Assembly: GCA_024346625.1 (NCBI GenBank)
Contig: AP024664.1
Span: 1,488,001-1,552,000 of the forward strand
Origin: Williopsis jadinii
Lineage: Eukaryota
Reading direction: 5' to 3'
Length of the DNA: 64,000 nucleotides
Position 1 is the first letter of the stretch, and each line of letters begins with the position of its first letter. A program made the translations under genes and the position numbers. Below the pieces are notes generated by a model that saw only the letters and a program-made list of their open reading frames with translations, was not told the DNA's origin and made no database searches. Below, one piece after another: positions 10,301 through 22,217 of the stretch.

Positions 10301-12913
10301 TCAGTAATTGTTCATGATTTTGAAACTTGACAGTAAAAATCCTCATCAAGTGCATATTAGAGATAATATGCGGTGATGTTGATTTGTTATGAAGTCTTCC
10401 AAGGGTACATTTTTAGCTGTTTGAAGAAACGGATGGAGATGAAGGTTGTATTCTTTAACAATTATACAACTTCACGTGTTTTTGGATATGTGTAGCCCTG
10501 TTCAGGTATTGATGAAGCACATGTGCAGCGTGGGGATGTTCACAATCTGAGAAAACCAAAATTACGCTGCTGTGTAGTGAAATGGTGTTTATTCAACTGT
10601 TGTAGAATAGTCACCGTTGTTTGTTTTCTAGTGACTTAGATGTTGATCACTGTCCATGACTTGAACAATTGCAAGACGTACAGAAATATCAGCCACTCTA
10701 ATGCCCAATGTCTAAATTGATATTACTGAGCTGAAACTTACAGTCCTGAGGACTCCCACACAGAATTAGTTCGGACTGAACGAGGGTTAACTATAGTATC
10801 ATATGAGGATGTGGTATCGATTTAATCATAGAAGAGTCTCTCGTATGCGAGCAAGCAAAATTCAGAGAGATATGAATGACCTATGTTTAGTCATTGACAC
10901 ATATTCAAAAATAGACACTGCACATAAAATCATGTATCTTTTAGCAAATCCTTATAAGCAGAAGGGCTTTCATAATAATGAGACAGAATTCTACTGTGAG
11001 GCACAGACATGCATACTCGCACGTCTGAAAATGAAATAATTCAGATCACAGACAGTTGTTAACAAGTCTATGTTGTGCATACAATATGTTTTCAGGTCAA
11101 GCTGCTTTCTGAACATTCAGACTATCAGTGACAAAGTTGCCATTTAGTAATTGTTTTGTTGTAGGTATAACTGAAACAGTCTTCGAGGGGAAGACTGCGA
11201 GCCGAATTCATAAATTATGATTCAAAGCTGACTGTCTGTGGTTCCCTCTTATTTCGAAGCATGGACAACTTCATGACGTGTGCTAACTAGTAGCTAGGTG
11301 GAATATACCAGGTAATCTGTTGTTCTGTTACAGTTCATGTAGCGACCCTTACTTGCGCTTTCGAGGATGGGTGAATATCAGAACAGATTTAGACCGTTAA
11401 TGACATCCAGTGACTTGAGAATTCTATTGTCTCGAAGGGTTATGTTTGCCCACTAACTTCAGCTTTGGACGTATAACGCTGAATGTTCGGTCGGTTACGT
11501 GATTGTTGCTACTTCCATAATATCAAACTGGTCATCACGGTTGCACAGGTTCTGGAATTGCTTCTCTGATAACTTCTGTACCATAAATATGAAAGAGGTA
11601 AAAAGGAGAAGGCATGATCTTGAATCACCACAAGATAACATTTGCTTTCAACAAGGAATATAAACCTTCATCAAGTAATTATACTGTGTCAGAACTTTCA
11701 TGTGAAGAAGTACATATAGGTTTACACAACTCGCTGTTTAGCATCGCCAACAATAAGTAGGGTACAGGTTTACGACCTCGTAAAATAGGTGAAAGTTTGC
11801 TAGATGCTGATACTTTAGTGTCGCATAAGACGTTATAAATTTGTAGGCTTGCCTTCTAAAATTAGCTTTCATTGTAAGATAAAGGCAGTAACCGAGCATT
11901 AGTCAAATTGCTTGATCATAAACCTGGAAATCATCTCTCGAGGTGTTCCCAAGACATTGTTTAGGTACTCAATCAGCCTCTCGAGTTCGCCACTGTTTGT
12001 ACAGCTACTGTACTGCAGTAAAGCGACTGTATCAACCGTTTCGTTTCCAATTTGACATCACCGCCAAAGTACGTAGCGACGAAAACTATGACGTTACTGA
12101 GCGTTGCTTGGCCAGTTTAGAACGTCTTTGAAGGGTAAGAACTTGCTTGGAGCTATATGTATGTCAACACGATTTACGTTAAGGGGTCACTTGCTCAGCA
12201 TAACTTATAGACGTTATGACAAATATAGAATATCATTTGGTGTCACGCTGATTGCTCTTAGCAGCTATGACGATCAACAAAACAGCTCGAGGACCTTTTC
12301 AGGGACATTTCTAGTCCAGGAAAGAACTGCTTTGTAATATAAAGACCAGGACACTGATGGTTAAAGTTCAAACCCAATTAAATATATGACAAGCTACATA
12401 GTCCATTGGTGGGCATTATTGAAAGAGGTACAGAGCATCACATGGGACTGCATAGCTGCCTTCTGGATTGCTCACACACCAAAAACGTCCAGAGAAGCTA
12501 ACACACTTGGTGTTGTGCTCTAGCTAATAATAATCACAGCACAATGCTGTTTGGGCTATTTGTGAATCACTGATATGTACAACGGGTAATATAGGCTTCC
12601 GAACAAACGTTAGTAATCATAATTTGGCGGAAAAGAGACTCAGGTCAACTGACAAATTCAAGATTTACAGAACCTCAAGCAGGTTTTCCATTATGAGGCT
12701 CGCTTGTTGAGTGTCCTACCACCCACTGTAACTAAGCGTGCACGCAAGGATGAAACAAGCTGGATCATCAGTCCATAAGTCACAAGGGTTGTTAGATCTT
12801 TACACAGTACTTCTCTGGCGTCTATTCAAATTTCAATTATCATTCTAAGAACAAATGGGAAAGTACAAAAAATAAAAATACATATAGTACATAACGTCGT
12901 AGTAGAATTAGTG

Positions 12914-15127
12914 TCACAGGTAGAATTGATCATCCATCTTGTAGTCAAAGATCTTCCAGAAATCATCAGTTGGGATTTGCTCGTTAACAGCTTCAAATCC
13001 TTTCATTGTTGCGTCACTTAGCATATCTAATTTGTATGGGGTCCCCACAGATTGTGGTGGGATACCATTAAAATCAAAAGGTGCTTGAGTTTCATGCTGA
13101 TGCTGCTGCTGGGGAACTTGTTGTTGCTGGGGAATTTGTTGCTGCTGAGGAGATGGCACATTTGAATGAACCTGACCAGAGTTGTTCATTGGACCATAAG
13201 ACACTACTGGTTGTTGTACACTATTCAACACTTGCGGCGGTCCTTGAATAGTCGGGTTGATATTTCCAGAAGTCACCGGTGAACCTCTTGTGGGTTGCTG
13301 TTGGGTTACACCGCCATTCCCTGAGCTGTTCCCAGTAAATAACTGAGGCTGTGATTGGGGCTGTGACTGAGACTGCGATTGATGTTGAGGCTGAGACTGC
13401 GATGGTGGCGGTCCCATGTTTTTAGCTGGCATTGGTCCGTTATCTTCGTTAATGTAGTTAAAAATATCACCATTTTTAACAAAGGTTGTGAGGTAGAAAT
13501 GCAATAGCAGTCTCACTTTGATAATCACATGGACATTTGGATAGCGCGTAGAGCAGGCTTGCAACTTGTCGAACAACCGTTTCACCAACAGAAGGTCTAT
13601 ATCAGTTTTCAGAAAGTTCACTGTTTTCAGATACAATGCAAAACAGTACATCAACCTTCCACAGATCATCAGAGGTATACTTGCCATTAACTCAGTTGAT
13701 AAGTCGCTAAAGCTTTGCAAACATTCTGCACAACTTCCAAGGCACTTGAACGACATCTCAGCAGTGGCAAATTTCGAGTAGAGGAATGCTTCAATGGAGG
13801 ATGCAAACGCCTGCATCACTTTGTAATCCATACTTGTTTCGATATATCTTAATTCGGTTATCTCATTGACCATATGCTTTACCAAGGGGTAGTTGACCTG
13901 TGCTGTTGGTTCTATAAGGTTATCAATTTTCTCCATCATCGAAGTCAATTGGGAGAAGACACCAATGGCACGATGTCTTGGATCTTGCGATGACCTCAAT
14001 ACTTGAACACACTCATCGAGGTAAGAAGACCAGGACACTATGAGACGTCTCCTCAAGAACAAAGAGAACGAAGTTGACAAACAGTAAACAGCCAAAACAA
14101 GGATCCTATACTCTTCCTTCTGCGGTTCATCAAGCATATTCCTACGTTGGAATGAACCTTCATTCCTATCCACAACGTAATAAGGTCTTCCGGTCAGACC
14201 CAAGTCGAAGGCCAAGCCAACACAGAGACTGCTAAAGATATGATATCTTCTATGATGGAACATTTCTGGAGTGTTATACCATAGTGTCCAAATCAACAAG
14301 CTTTGAAACAGCTCCATTGTCTTATTACCAACGATTAACACCTGATCCAAAATCTGCTGTTGTGCCAAGTTTTCGATTTTAATATTCACCTCCACTGGTG
14401 GACCATCTTCACGTAGTATACTTGTTACGGCCATGATGGTTAGAAACAAAGTTGGATACTTTAACCTCAACTGTTCAAACTCCGATGTGATTTTGATAAA
14501 CGAAACCTTGTTGTACAACACAGTTGTATATAACTGATACCTCAGTTGTGCCTCTTGTAAAGAGATGATCCCATCTGCTATCAAATCAACGTTTGTGACT
14601 CTCATACTTTTTAGCCTCATTTCGTTGGTTAACGTCATGGCGTTTGATATATCGTGCAGAACATTAGGACCGAAGAGTTGATCCAACTGTTCTGTACTTG
14701 TCAATTTGATTCCTCCAGGAATTTGTTGCGTGTGTGATCGCTGTTGTTGTTGCTGCTGCTGTTGTTGAGGCCCCTGTTGCTGCTGTTCCGCGGATCCCAC
14801 AGACGCTCCCTGTGGAATCGATGAGGCCCCTGTTGCAGTTGTATTGGTTGCAGCGGTTCCAGTTGGGAAAGGCGAGTTTTCATTTGATGAGCTTTGTTGC
14901 AGTTGTGATGTTAGCTTCTCTAACTTCATCTCCAGCTCGACAACACGGTCTTCAGGTCTTTTCCTTCTCTTCGTCACCGGAGGTTCAAACTCGCAGTTTC
15001 GTCCACTCTTCAGACAACGTAAACAAGCAGAAGTCGGGTCCAGAGGATCACTGGCTTTACATTTGACCTTGAGAGAATGGCACGACTTACATGCCACAGC
15101 TCTTCTTTTCTCCTTCTCACTGTTCAT
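12914..15127 (-). CDS. WAR1: Zn(II)2Cys6 transcription factor, weak-acid response regulator War1-like
   Basis: ACKSCHSLKVKC...CLRCLKSGRNC binuclear cluster resembling War1, a middle homology region and Q-rich tracts. WAR1 neighbours HMG1 in S. cerevisiae. Confidence 0.85.
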   Translation of the reverse strand: MNSEKEKRRAVACKSCHSLKVKCKASDPLDPTSACLRCLKSGRNCEFEPPVTKRRKRPEDRVVELEMKLEKLTSQLQQSSSNENSPFPTGTAATNTTATGASSIPQGASVGSAEQQQQGPQQQQQQQQQRSHTQQIPGGIKLTSTEQLDQLFGPNVLHDISNAMTLTNEMRLKSMRVTNVDLIADGIISLQEAQLRYQLYTTVLYNKVSFIKITSEFEQLRLKYPTLFLTIMAVTSILREDGPPVEVNIKIENLAQQQILDQVLIVGNKTMELFQSLLIWTLWYNTPEMFHHRRYHIFSSLCVGLAFDLGLTGRPYYVVDRNEGSFQRRNMLDEPQKEEYRILVLAVYCLSTSFSLFLRRRLIVSWSSYLDECVQVLRSSQDPRHRAIGVFSQLTSMMEKIDNLIEPTAQVNYPLVKHMVNEITELRYIETSMDYKVMQAFASSIEAFLYSKFATAEMSFKCLGSCAECLQSFSDLSTELMASIPLMICGRLMYCFALYLKTVNFLKTDIDLLLVKRLFDKLQACSTRYPNVHVIIKVRLLLHFYLTTFVKNGDIFNYINEDNGPMPAKNMGPPPSQSQPQHQSQSQSQPQSQPQLFTGNSSGNGGVTQQQPTRGSPVTSGNINPTIQGPPQVLNSVQQPVVSYGPMNNSGQVHSNVPSPQQQQIPQQQQVPQQQHQHETQAPFDFNGIPPQSVGTPYKLDMLSDATMKGFEAVNEQIPTDDFWKIFDYKMDDQFYL

Positions 15128-16000
15128 GTTGTTACAGAGATCACAGAATCAACAAACACCCTGTCGTCAAAACTCACAAAACGAAGAAAGAAAAAAAAAT
15201 CAAAGAAAGATAATAAACACACACGCGCACACAAACAAGTTGAATATATCAAAACACACTCAGAGGGTAAAGCTCAATCTCCCAAATGATGAAAACCACA
15301 CACAACACTTCAGCTCTGGTTCAAAAGTATGCTCAAAGTACTCGGAAGAAATATAGCACCGCTTTTGATTTCTTAGCAATCACACAGGTTGATCTTTTTC
15401 AGAATACTTCAAAATCAGCGAAAATTAACTGGTCCGGATTAAGAGAGACGGAGTGCTGATCAGTTCTTTAGATATTCAAATAAAGACGCCAAATGACAGC
15501 ACACACACAAGCCAAAAGAGGTAAATAATAGCGAACACCCAGAGAAAAGAGAATATCAATAGAGGCCTCCAATAAGATTAAAAATGACAGAAGCCAATCA
15601 AGAGGAAGCAAAGGACGAAGGGTGAAAGTGAAATGATGTCAAAGTGCCACAGAGGCGAAAATGAGAGCCAGAGATCAAATTTGATGCACAACGGGAAAAA
15701 TTGCGGATTTATGGTACCCAAAGAGCGCAAAAAACAAATATTGCCAGCAAAGGAAAAAACACCAGAGACACTTACAAAATATTGCGGAGTTTAAGGGAAA
15801 ATTTTGCCCGTCCCGCCGATGGTGGTTTTAGTGCGCGGAGGTTTGAATTTGACACACTCGGCCCGATGGGGAGCCATGAGACCAAATTCCTCATGTCTTC
15901 AAAATTGATCATCTCTCTAAAGGAATTGTGGGTGATTACAAGGCATAGGAAACCAGATTGAATATTTGTAATATGTGTGATATATATGTGTGCTCGTGTA

Positions 16001-18324
16001 TCATTCGTTGTCGAACCATCTGAGACGAATTGGGACCCTCACTTGTCCGACTTGAGAACAGTTTTTGAACTTGAAAGTCACCTGAATACAATAGATTCTT
16101 GATAGCAGACATGTCTGGAAATTTGGAATTAGCGTCTCTGTAATCAAGTCGTGATACTCCAACATCAACTTCACTTTTCTGCTCATTGTCCCGTCTGGGT
16201 TCTTCATCCATTGTGTAGAGCTCGAAGGATCCAACTTGTTCTTCAAGGCGTTCACTGTAAACATATCAGATCTTAAATCTTTCATGGCTCGAATATCGGC
16301 CTGCGTAGAATGGTCAACATACTTGTTGATGTCAAGTCCCTTTGACTCGAATTCCGTCTTCAATTGTTCGAACTGTTGGTTATAGCATTGGAAATCCTTC
16401 TTCATCTTGTCCAATGCTGTGACTTCGTCGCCGTGGTGCAACACGATGATATCACTCGAAAGTTTGATAGGTATAGCACTCTTAGAATATATGTTCACAA
16501 CGAGTAAGCTCGAAGTGATCTGCGAAATCTCAGGAACAAAACCGGACTTCAAAGTAAAATCACTTGGCTTGAATTTCAATTCGAATTCCAAGTTGGTCAA
16601 CACCTTCTTTTCATTCATGGAAAGTGTATTGGTCAAAGAATCAATGTTTTGCATACCAATATCGTTCAAAGTGGAAACTTTGTTCACTTTACGAATTAAA
16701 GGAGGCGAGACATAGGATAAACCATCCTTTGGAACCCTAGTAGTGATTTCCACAATGCCACTCTCATTCAAATCATCCTTTGGTGCTTTACCAAATATAG
16801 ACTTCTTTGGATTGGCAACAAGAACCATCGATGTTTCAACTTTGGAAAAGTCAGGCGTAGCAAAGTTCTGATTTCTCAATGGGAAAGAACTGGTTTTGGT
16901 GTTAGAGGAATCATTTCTCATAATCTCTCCAATGTTTAGCTGTTGCATCTTGACCTCTTGATCCAACAATCTCACCTCTTCTTCTGAGCCATCTTCGTTC
17001 AACTTTAAACATCTTTTGGCATTCTTAAAAGATGATTCAATAACAAGCTTCAAAGTTTCTAGCGCTCTTTTGGAAGAGAATAAACTGACAGAGAAACCAA
17101 AGGGAATGAATCTTAAGGCATACTCTGCCGATCTCATCACTGCATACTCCGGTTGGCCATATATGTCCTTTAATGTTGGATGACAGCCTATTAGAGTTGC
17201 GTTTATTCTATAACTCACACTGAGGTTACCATTGGAAAGATCTTTTGTCAAGACTGGGGAACCTCTTGTTCCATTGTGACCATAGTGCAAAGCTGGGTTT
17301 AAGGTTATATTTGCATGCTTGTTCTTTTTATTGTATCTGTCAATGCCCAAGCTAGGTGGCAAAAGTGTGTGCAACTCTTGCTGATGACGACATGTGTTAT
17401 CCAAAAGAGTATACGGGACTTTGAAATAAAAGAACTTCTTGTACTTTGTGTGAGGTTCCAAGATTCTGTCCTTGTTGAATCCCAATACACAACCATCAGC
17501 TGCATCTTTAACACCTGGTGTGTACTGAACATTGGTGGATGGTGAGATGCAAGCGAATGTCCAGGACGCATTCATATCCACCATGTTCAAGAACCTCTTG
17601 TTATAGATCTTCTTTGACTCGGTATCGACTATGGACGTGATACCTTCCAGCGTTACTGTGAACATACGGAATGATACAGGATCGTTTGACATGTTGGAAA
17701 TCACGACATAGCCATAAACACCATCACCAGAGGTGTATTCTTTGAGCATGCTTTCATTCTCGGACTTCTCATGAGGCGCGGAACATTTTTGGTAACGTAG
17801 ATGTCCACAGTAACACCTGGATGAACCTGCATCGTTGGTAGCTTGTGAGCGTTGTCTAAAACGTTATTCTCAAGTGATAGATGACCATAATGTTCCAGGC
17901 TGGAGGACTGAGTCGAGTAAGAAGACATCGAATTTCTAGACGCTGAAGACGCAGCGCTAACAGATTCAGATGGTGATTGCACCAACCTGGCGGCATCACC
18001 AACGGTATCGTTAGCGGTGGTATCAATACGGGGTGGCTCACTTGGGTAACCGAAATAGTCAGGACTTGGTCCCATTGGTGGGTCCTGCGATCTGTTCTGA
18101 ACACTCTGATACATCTCAAATGAGGGCAACACGTCAAACACGATGTCTTTACCCTTGACGTCTTGGTACTCCTCATCTGTTATGAACCCTGTACGGACCT
18201 TATCCCTCGAATAGAACTTTGCAGTTTGTAACACCTCCTGAGAGACGTTGTGTCTGGTGAGCTCATGTCGCTGGGCCTGTGAATAGTCGACATGATCATG
18301 ATCCTCTTCATTTTGGATCTCCAT
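16001..18324 (-). CDS. BUL1: Bul1/Bul2 Rsp5 ubiquitin-ligase adaptor, split by a 1-nt frameshift at about 17775
   Basis: The 5' ORF has DVLPSFEMY and IYVTKNVP. The 3' ORF has (ENES)MLKEYTSGD, KKFFYFKVP, LPPSLG and PNFQTCLLSRIY. Adding one base joins them into 774 aa. Syntenic with DAT1 and DSK2. Confidence 0.9.
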
Positions 18325-19584
18325 TGTAAAAAAGATGTTCTTACCCTCTCAAAAACAACGCTACACGGTTTAGAAAGATAGAACAAGCACTTGTAATTGA
18401 GTTCAGAACTGCTTGTTACAACAACGGTACTATGGAGGGGCTTATATATGTTGTGAGGGTGCCTTTGAAGTTTCAGAGGATGACACACACACAGCAATGA
18501 GGAAAAAATTATAGTGCAGAACCAAGCATCCGCCACCAAAAAAGTCTATTGCACCGATACATTTCGTGCCCGTATGCACCATTTGCACCGTTAACAGTAA
18601 GAATCATCGAAATCTTCAACATTAAATTTTCTTCAATCAATATACGGGAAGAGATGACGAGAAAGCCAGAGGCATGTGCAGTGAAATAATTGTCCCCAAC
18701 AATAGGAGCAGAGAGTCTTTCAAATGTTCAGTGTTAACACGTGGAGCATGTGTTGATTCTAAGACTCGGTTTACTAAGTTTATGCTATGTGTTCATAGCA
18801 ACTGACCGAATACAAAGTGTACATTGTAGGGTTGTAGGGATTGGATAGTTAATGAGTCACGAAGGAATTCAACGCCTCATCAGAAAATGGTTTGAATTGA
18901 TCTGCGTTCTATGTAGAGGTAACATATTTTATGACTCATATGTTTTTCTAACAACTCTGTGCTATTAAGGGAACCAACCAGAAAAAAGAAACCATTGATT
19001 CCAGAATAATCTATCGGTTATAGACGCTATTAAATTTGAGCTCCCGGCCAGGATCATGAGGTTGCTTCCAGATCGAGGGGGTTTAGGTGGAGGCTTATAA
19101 AAATCTATTGTTTTCGCAGAGGGACCAATGACTGAGTCCGTGCGCATTGGCGCAGAGTTCAACGCACGGGGTCGGATTTAAGCAGTCGCAGGAAAGCGCG
19201 TTCCACATTTCGGGAAGCAAAGAGAAACTTCCAACAATGTCCCGATTTGGTAGTTACTATATTAGGGGTATTTCTAAAAGCGGAACATCTACCTCCAACG
19301 CAAAAAAAACAGAACACAATCACTAAAGGCAGGAAAAAAAAGAACTATCATCATCATCTAGTAAAGAAGTTTCTTTTCAAGATCAAATCAGCAACCAAAC
19401 TAGGTGGTATAGATCCTTGTAGTCACTACACCATTCATCAAATCTAGCATAACTCAGAAGTTCCGACGTTAGATTCAAACGTCCTCTGTTTATCTGTGCT
19501 CTTGTTTTCATCTTTCTCTCTCAAGTTTAGCACATCCACGAAACGAAAGAAAAAAAAATCAAGGCATCAAAAACATTCACTTCA

Positions 19585-20268
19585 ATGGCAAAGACATTAG
19601 CACAAGGCAGAAAACCTGGGAGTAGTCGAAAACCTGGAAAAGGAAAGACCCTAGCACAAGGTCGTAAGCCTGGAAGTGGGAGAAAGAAGATTCACAAGGT
19701 TTCCGGGTCCTCAGATGGTTCAAAGATTTCACCGTCAACTGTGAAGAATTTGAGTGTTGATTTGCAGAATGCACAGCAACATGGCACAGGGCACGATATT
19801 TCCATGACGAATTCATCAACGATATACCCAAGCCAGAGGCAAAGTCATTATAACCATCACGACAGCAACGACATCAATACAAATAACCGCCAATCCACAT
19901 CGAACCCATCTGTTGCATCGCCCTCACAGGGAGACTCTGTACCAATGATGGCCGCGACTTTGAGTACTTTCGCAGATAATGATGTTGTGATATCGTTACG
20001 GTCATCACAGTTACCGCCCTTGAACGCGCAACAGTTGCATTCATCTTCACCACAACAACAGCAGCAACAACAGCAACTACAACAACCACAACAACCACAA
20101 CAACCACAACAACCACAACAACAGCACTACCAAACACAGTTGCGTAGTGTTACGCAACGCACTCCATCGCAAATTTCAGAACGCATGGATTTTAGAAAGA
20201 TGTTCTTCAACAACTTGGATGCGGATACTGAGTTGGTGTATTCGAGGTATCCACGAGATGCGAAATGA
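19585..20268 (+). CDS. DAT1: Datin, oligo(dA).oligo(dT)-binding protein
   Basis: The N-terminus MAKTLAQGRKPGSSRKPGKGKTLAQGRKPGSGRKK carries the GRKPG pentad repeats of Dat1. Syntenic with BUL2 and TAF8. Confidence 0.92.
   Translation: MAKTLAQGRKPGSSRKPGKGKTLAQGRKPGSGRKKIHKVSGSSDGSKISPSTVKNLSVDLQNAQQHGTGHDISMTNSSTIYPSQRQSHYNHHDSNDINTNNRQSTSNPSVASPSQGDSVPMMAATLSTFADNDVVISLRSSQLPPLNAQQLHSSSPQQQQQQQQLQQPQQPQQPQQPQQQHYQTQLRSVTQRTPSQISERMDFRKMFFNNLDADTELVYSRYPRDAK
20053..20124 (+). repeat. CAA / CAACCACAA tandem repeat encoding poly-Q and (QQP)n in Dat1
   Basis: Directly visible tandem repeat. Confidence 0.85.
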
Positions 20269-20684
20269 TGTGATATTCCTCGGATGCTGTTAAATAGAAA
20301 CAGATCAAAGTCAGCTGTGTACTAATATAATCACCAATTAGCTTTACCAAATTGCGACGTTCTAGAACAAGTCCTTGTAGTGGCACAAATCATAGAGAAC
20401 CGTGATCGGCAATGTGATGTCAAGATAGATAAAATGATGTGTGTTTTGTTATATTTGTCATCAAACTAGATGATCTTCAATGTTTCTGAGCAATGTCACC
20501 CTTTAAGAGTCATACCGAAAGTGTACGCCGCAAACATGCATTGTTACCCATATAAAGTTCCCACCAGCTGCATATATTTTTTTGCCAGCTTCCCAGTCCG
20601 AGAAATCAACCTCCGAGCCAACATTTTATTTTGATCAGTTTTCTCTACTTCACTCTCTATTAACAAGATCCGAGCTATTAACTC

Positions 20685-22004
20685 ATGGATTTAGGCTCAC
20701 TTATACCAACGTTTAATGCCGCAAGACTAGAATCTGAGTCCATCAGGAAACCTTCAAAGGAAACTTTGAAGAATATCCAGATAGAGATTCAAACAGCATT
20801 GCCTCCAGATCATGTCTACACTCCTGGAGAAACAGTCCAGGGTGTATTCAAAATGGTCCAACTTGGAGATAAACCTATTCATGATGTCTACTTCAACGAC
20901 TTAGAGATTACTCTGGTGAACAGATTCGTCACTTCTAATGGGCAGGATGCATCTTTCTTTCAGATGGAAGATAACCCAAACGTTTCTAGTTTCCCGCCAA
21001 TGTACCATGATCCTGACAAGTACGCATTCTCCAATTGTGAATTCCCATTCAAATTTACACTCCCAATGAAACACCTTGAGGATACTTGTGTTAATGCTCT
21101 ACCTGAGCATAGGCAACTGTTACCGTCATATGGATTGCCGTCTCTATGCGGGATTGCATTTGCGCCTCGTTCAGTAGCTGGGCTTGTACCTACAGACGTA
21201 CAACAGACATTACAAAAGTTGAAAAAAGTTTCACAGAACAAGTTTTGTAACACGTATTACATCAGTGTTAAAGTTAAACAGAATGTTAAAGGTCTAGAAC
21301 GACCATACATCGTTTTTACGAGATCAATGGAGGTTAAAGTGAAAACGTCAAATCATATGACTCCCGAGTGTCCGACAATCAATAAGGGTACGACCATTAA
21401 GTGTCATGATGCTGTAATCGGAAAAGTATCTGTTGAATCACCAACAATCTCTACAGATCTACGTTCGGAGAGTCCGTTGAAGGTGCCGATCGAGATAACT
21501 TATGAGCCAGCAGCAGATACTAGCGAGTTCCCTCAAGTACGCTTATCCTTAGAGCTGAACCAGTATGCAGTTCAGACAGCCAGGTGTAACCCACCAATTG
21601 TTATAGGGGAGGAAGGGAACCAAGACGACGTGCTTGTTCAAAAAGTTGATACAATCTATTGTGCATCAGAAGCATCAGTCAGTGGTACTTGGACTCCTTC
21701 TTACTTCCATCAGGGACAATATATCCAAAATGTGGAGGTATCGATCCCGATGGACAATTTCAAGTCATGCTCTCCAACCTTCCATAGCTGTCATTTGCAG
21801 AACATCCTTAATGCTGAGATCCGAGTTGGTTTCAATACTCTAACATCGTCACCCGAGGAAATCACTACGAAAAAGAAGAGATGGCCATTTGGCACAGTCA
21901 TGTTCAATTCGAAAAAGACAGTAGCTGAGAAGGATACATCATCTTATAGAGGAGTATCGCAGCCAAATGGTATCTTACTCAGAGTACCCGTAATGGTTCA
22001 ATGA
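20685..22004 (+). CDS. Divergent Bul1-like (arrestin-related) adaptor protein
   Basis: YTPGETVQG, FPFKFTLP..LEDTC....EHRQLLPSYG and PTFHSCHL align by eye with Bul1 motifs YTSGD..YG, FYFKVP..LDNTC....LHTLLPPSLG and PNFQTCLL. It has an internal PPMY motif. Confidence 0.7.
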   Translation: MDLGSLIPTFNAARLESESIRKPSKETLKNIQIEIQTALPPDHVYTPGETVQGVFKMVQLGDKPIHDVYFNDLEITLVNRFVTSNGQDASFFQMEDNPNVSSFPPMYHDPDKYAFSNCEFPFKFTLPMKHLEDTCVNALPEHRQLLPSYGLPSLCGIAFAPRSVAGLVPTDVQQTLQKLKKVSQNKFCNTYYISVKVKQNVKGLERPYIVFTRSMEVKVKTSNHMTPECPTINKGTTIKCHDAVIGKVSVESPTISTDLRSESPLKVPIEITYEPAADTSEFPQVRLSLELNQYAVQTARCNPPIVIGEEGNQDDVLVQKVDTIYCASEASVSGTWTPSYFHQGQYIQNVEVSIPMDNFKSCSPTFHSCHLQNILNAEIRVGFNTLTSSPEEITTKKKRWPFGTVMFNSKKTVAEKDTSSYRGVSQPNGILLRVPVMVQ

Positions 22005-22217
22005 GATCAAATTAACTGCTTCGGCACCACCATCTTTGACGTAGGCTTTGGTAGTTGACACATCCAAACACCGCCAACTTTTTTTTTCCAGGCTTATCGT
22101 GCCAGACCCAATTTTGATGAGAAGGGAAAACAACAATCTTCATCGGGCCAACGTTGCACAAAGAGATTACTTATCAACGTTTGAGATAACACCGCGCAAC
22201 GATACACGCAAGAACAA

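Noticed and set aside
8116..12337. Short ORFs of 60-106 aa in the first long intergenic region
   Set aside because: No recognisable motifs or codon bias, and many have non-ATG starts.
18325..19584. CTK3 expected between BUL and DAT1 from S. cerevisiae gene order
   Set aside because: No ORF of suitable length or similarity is present.
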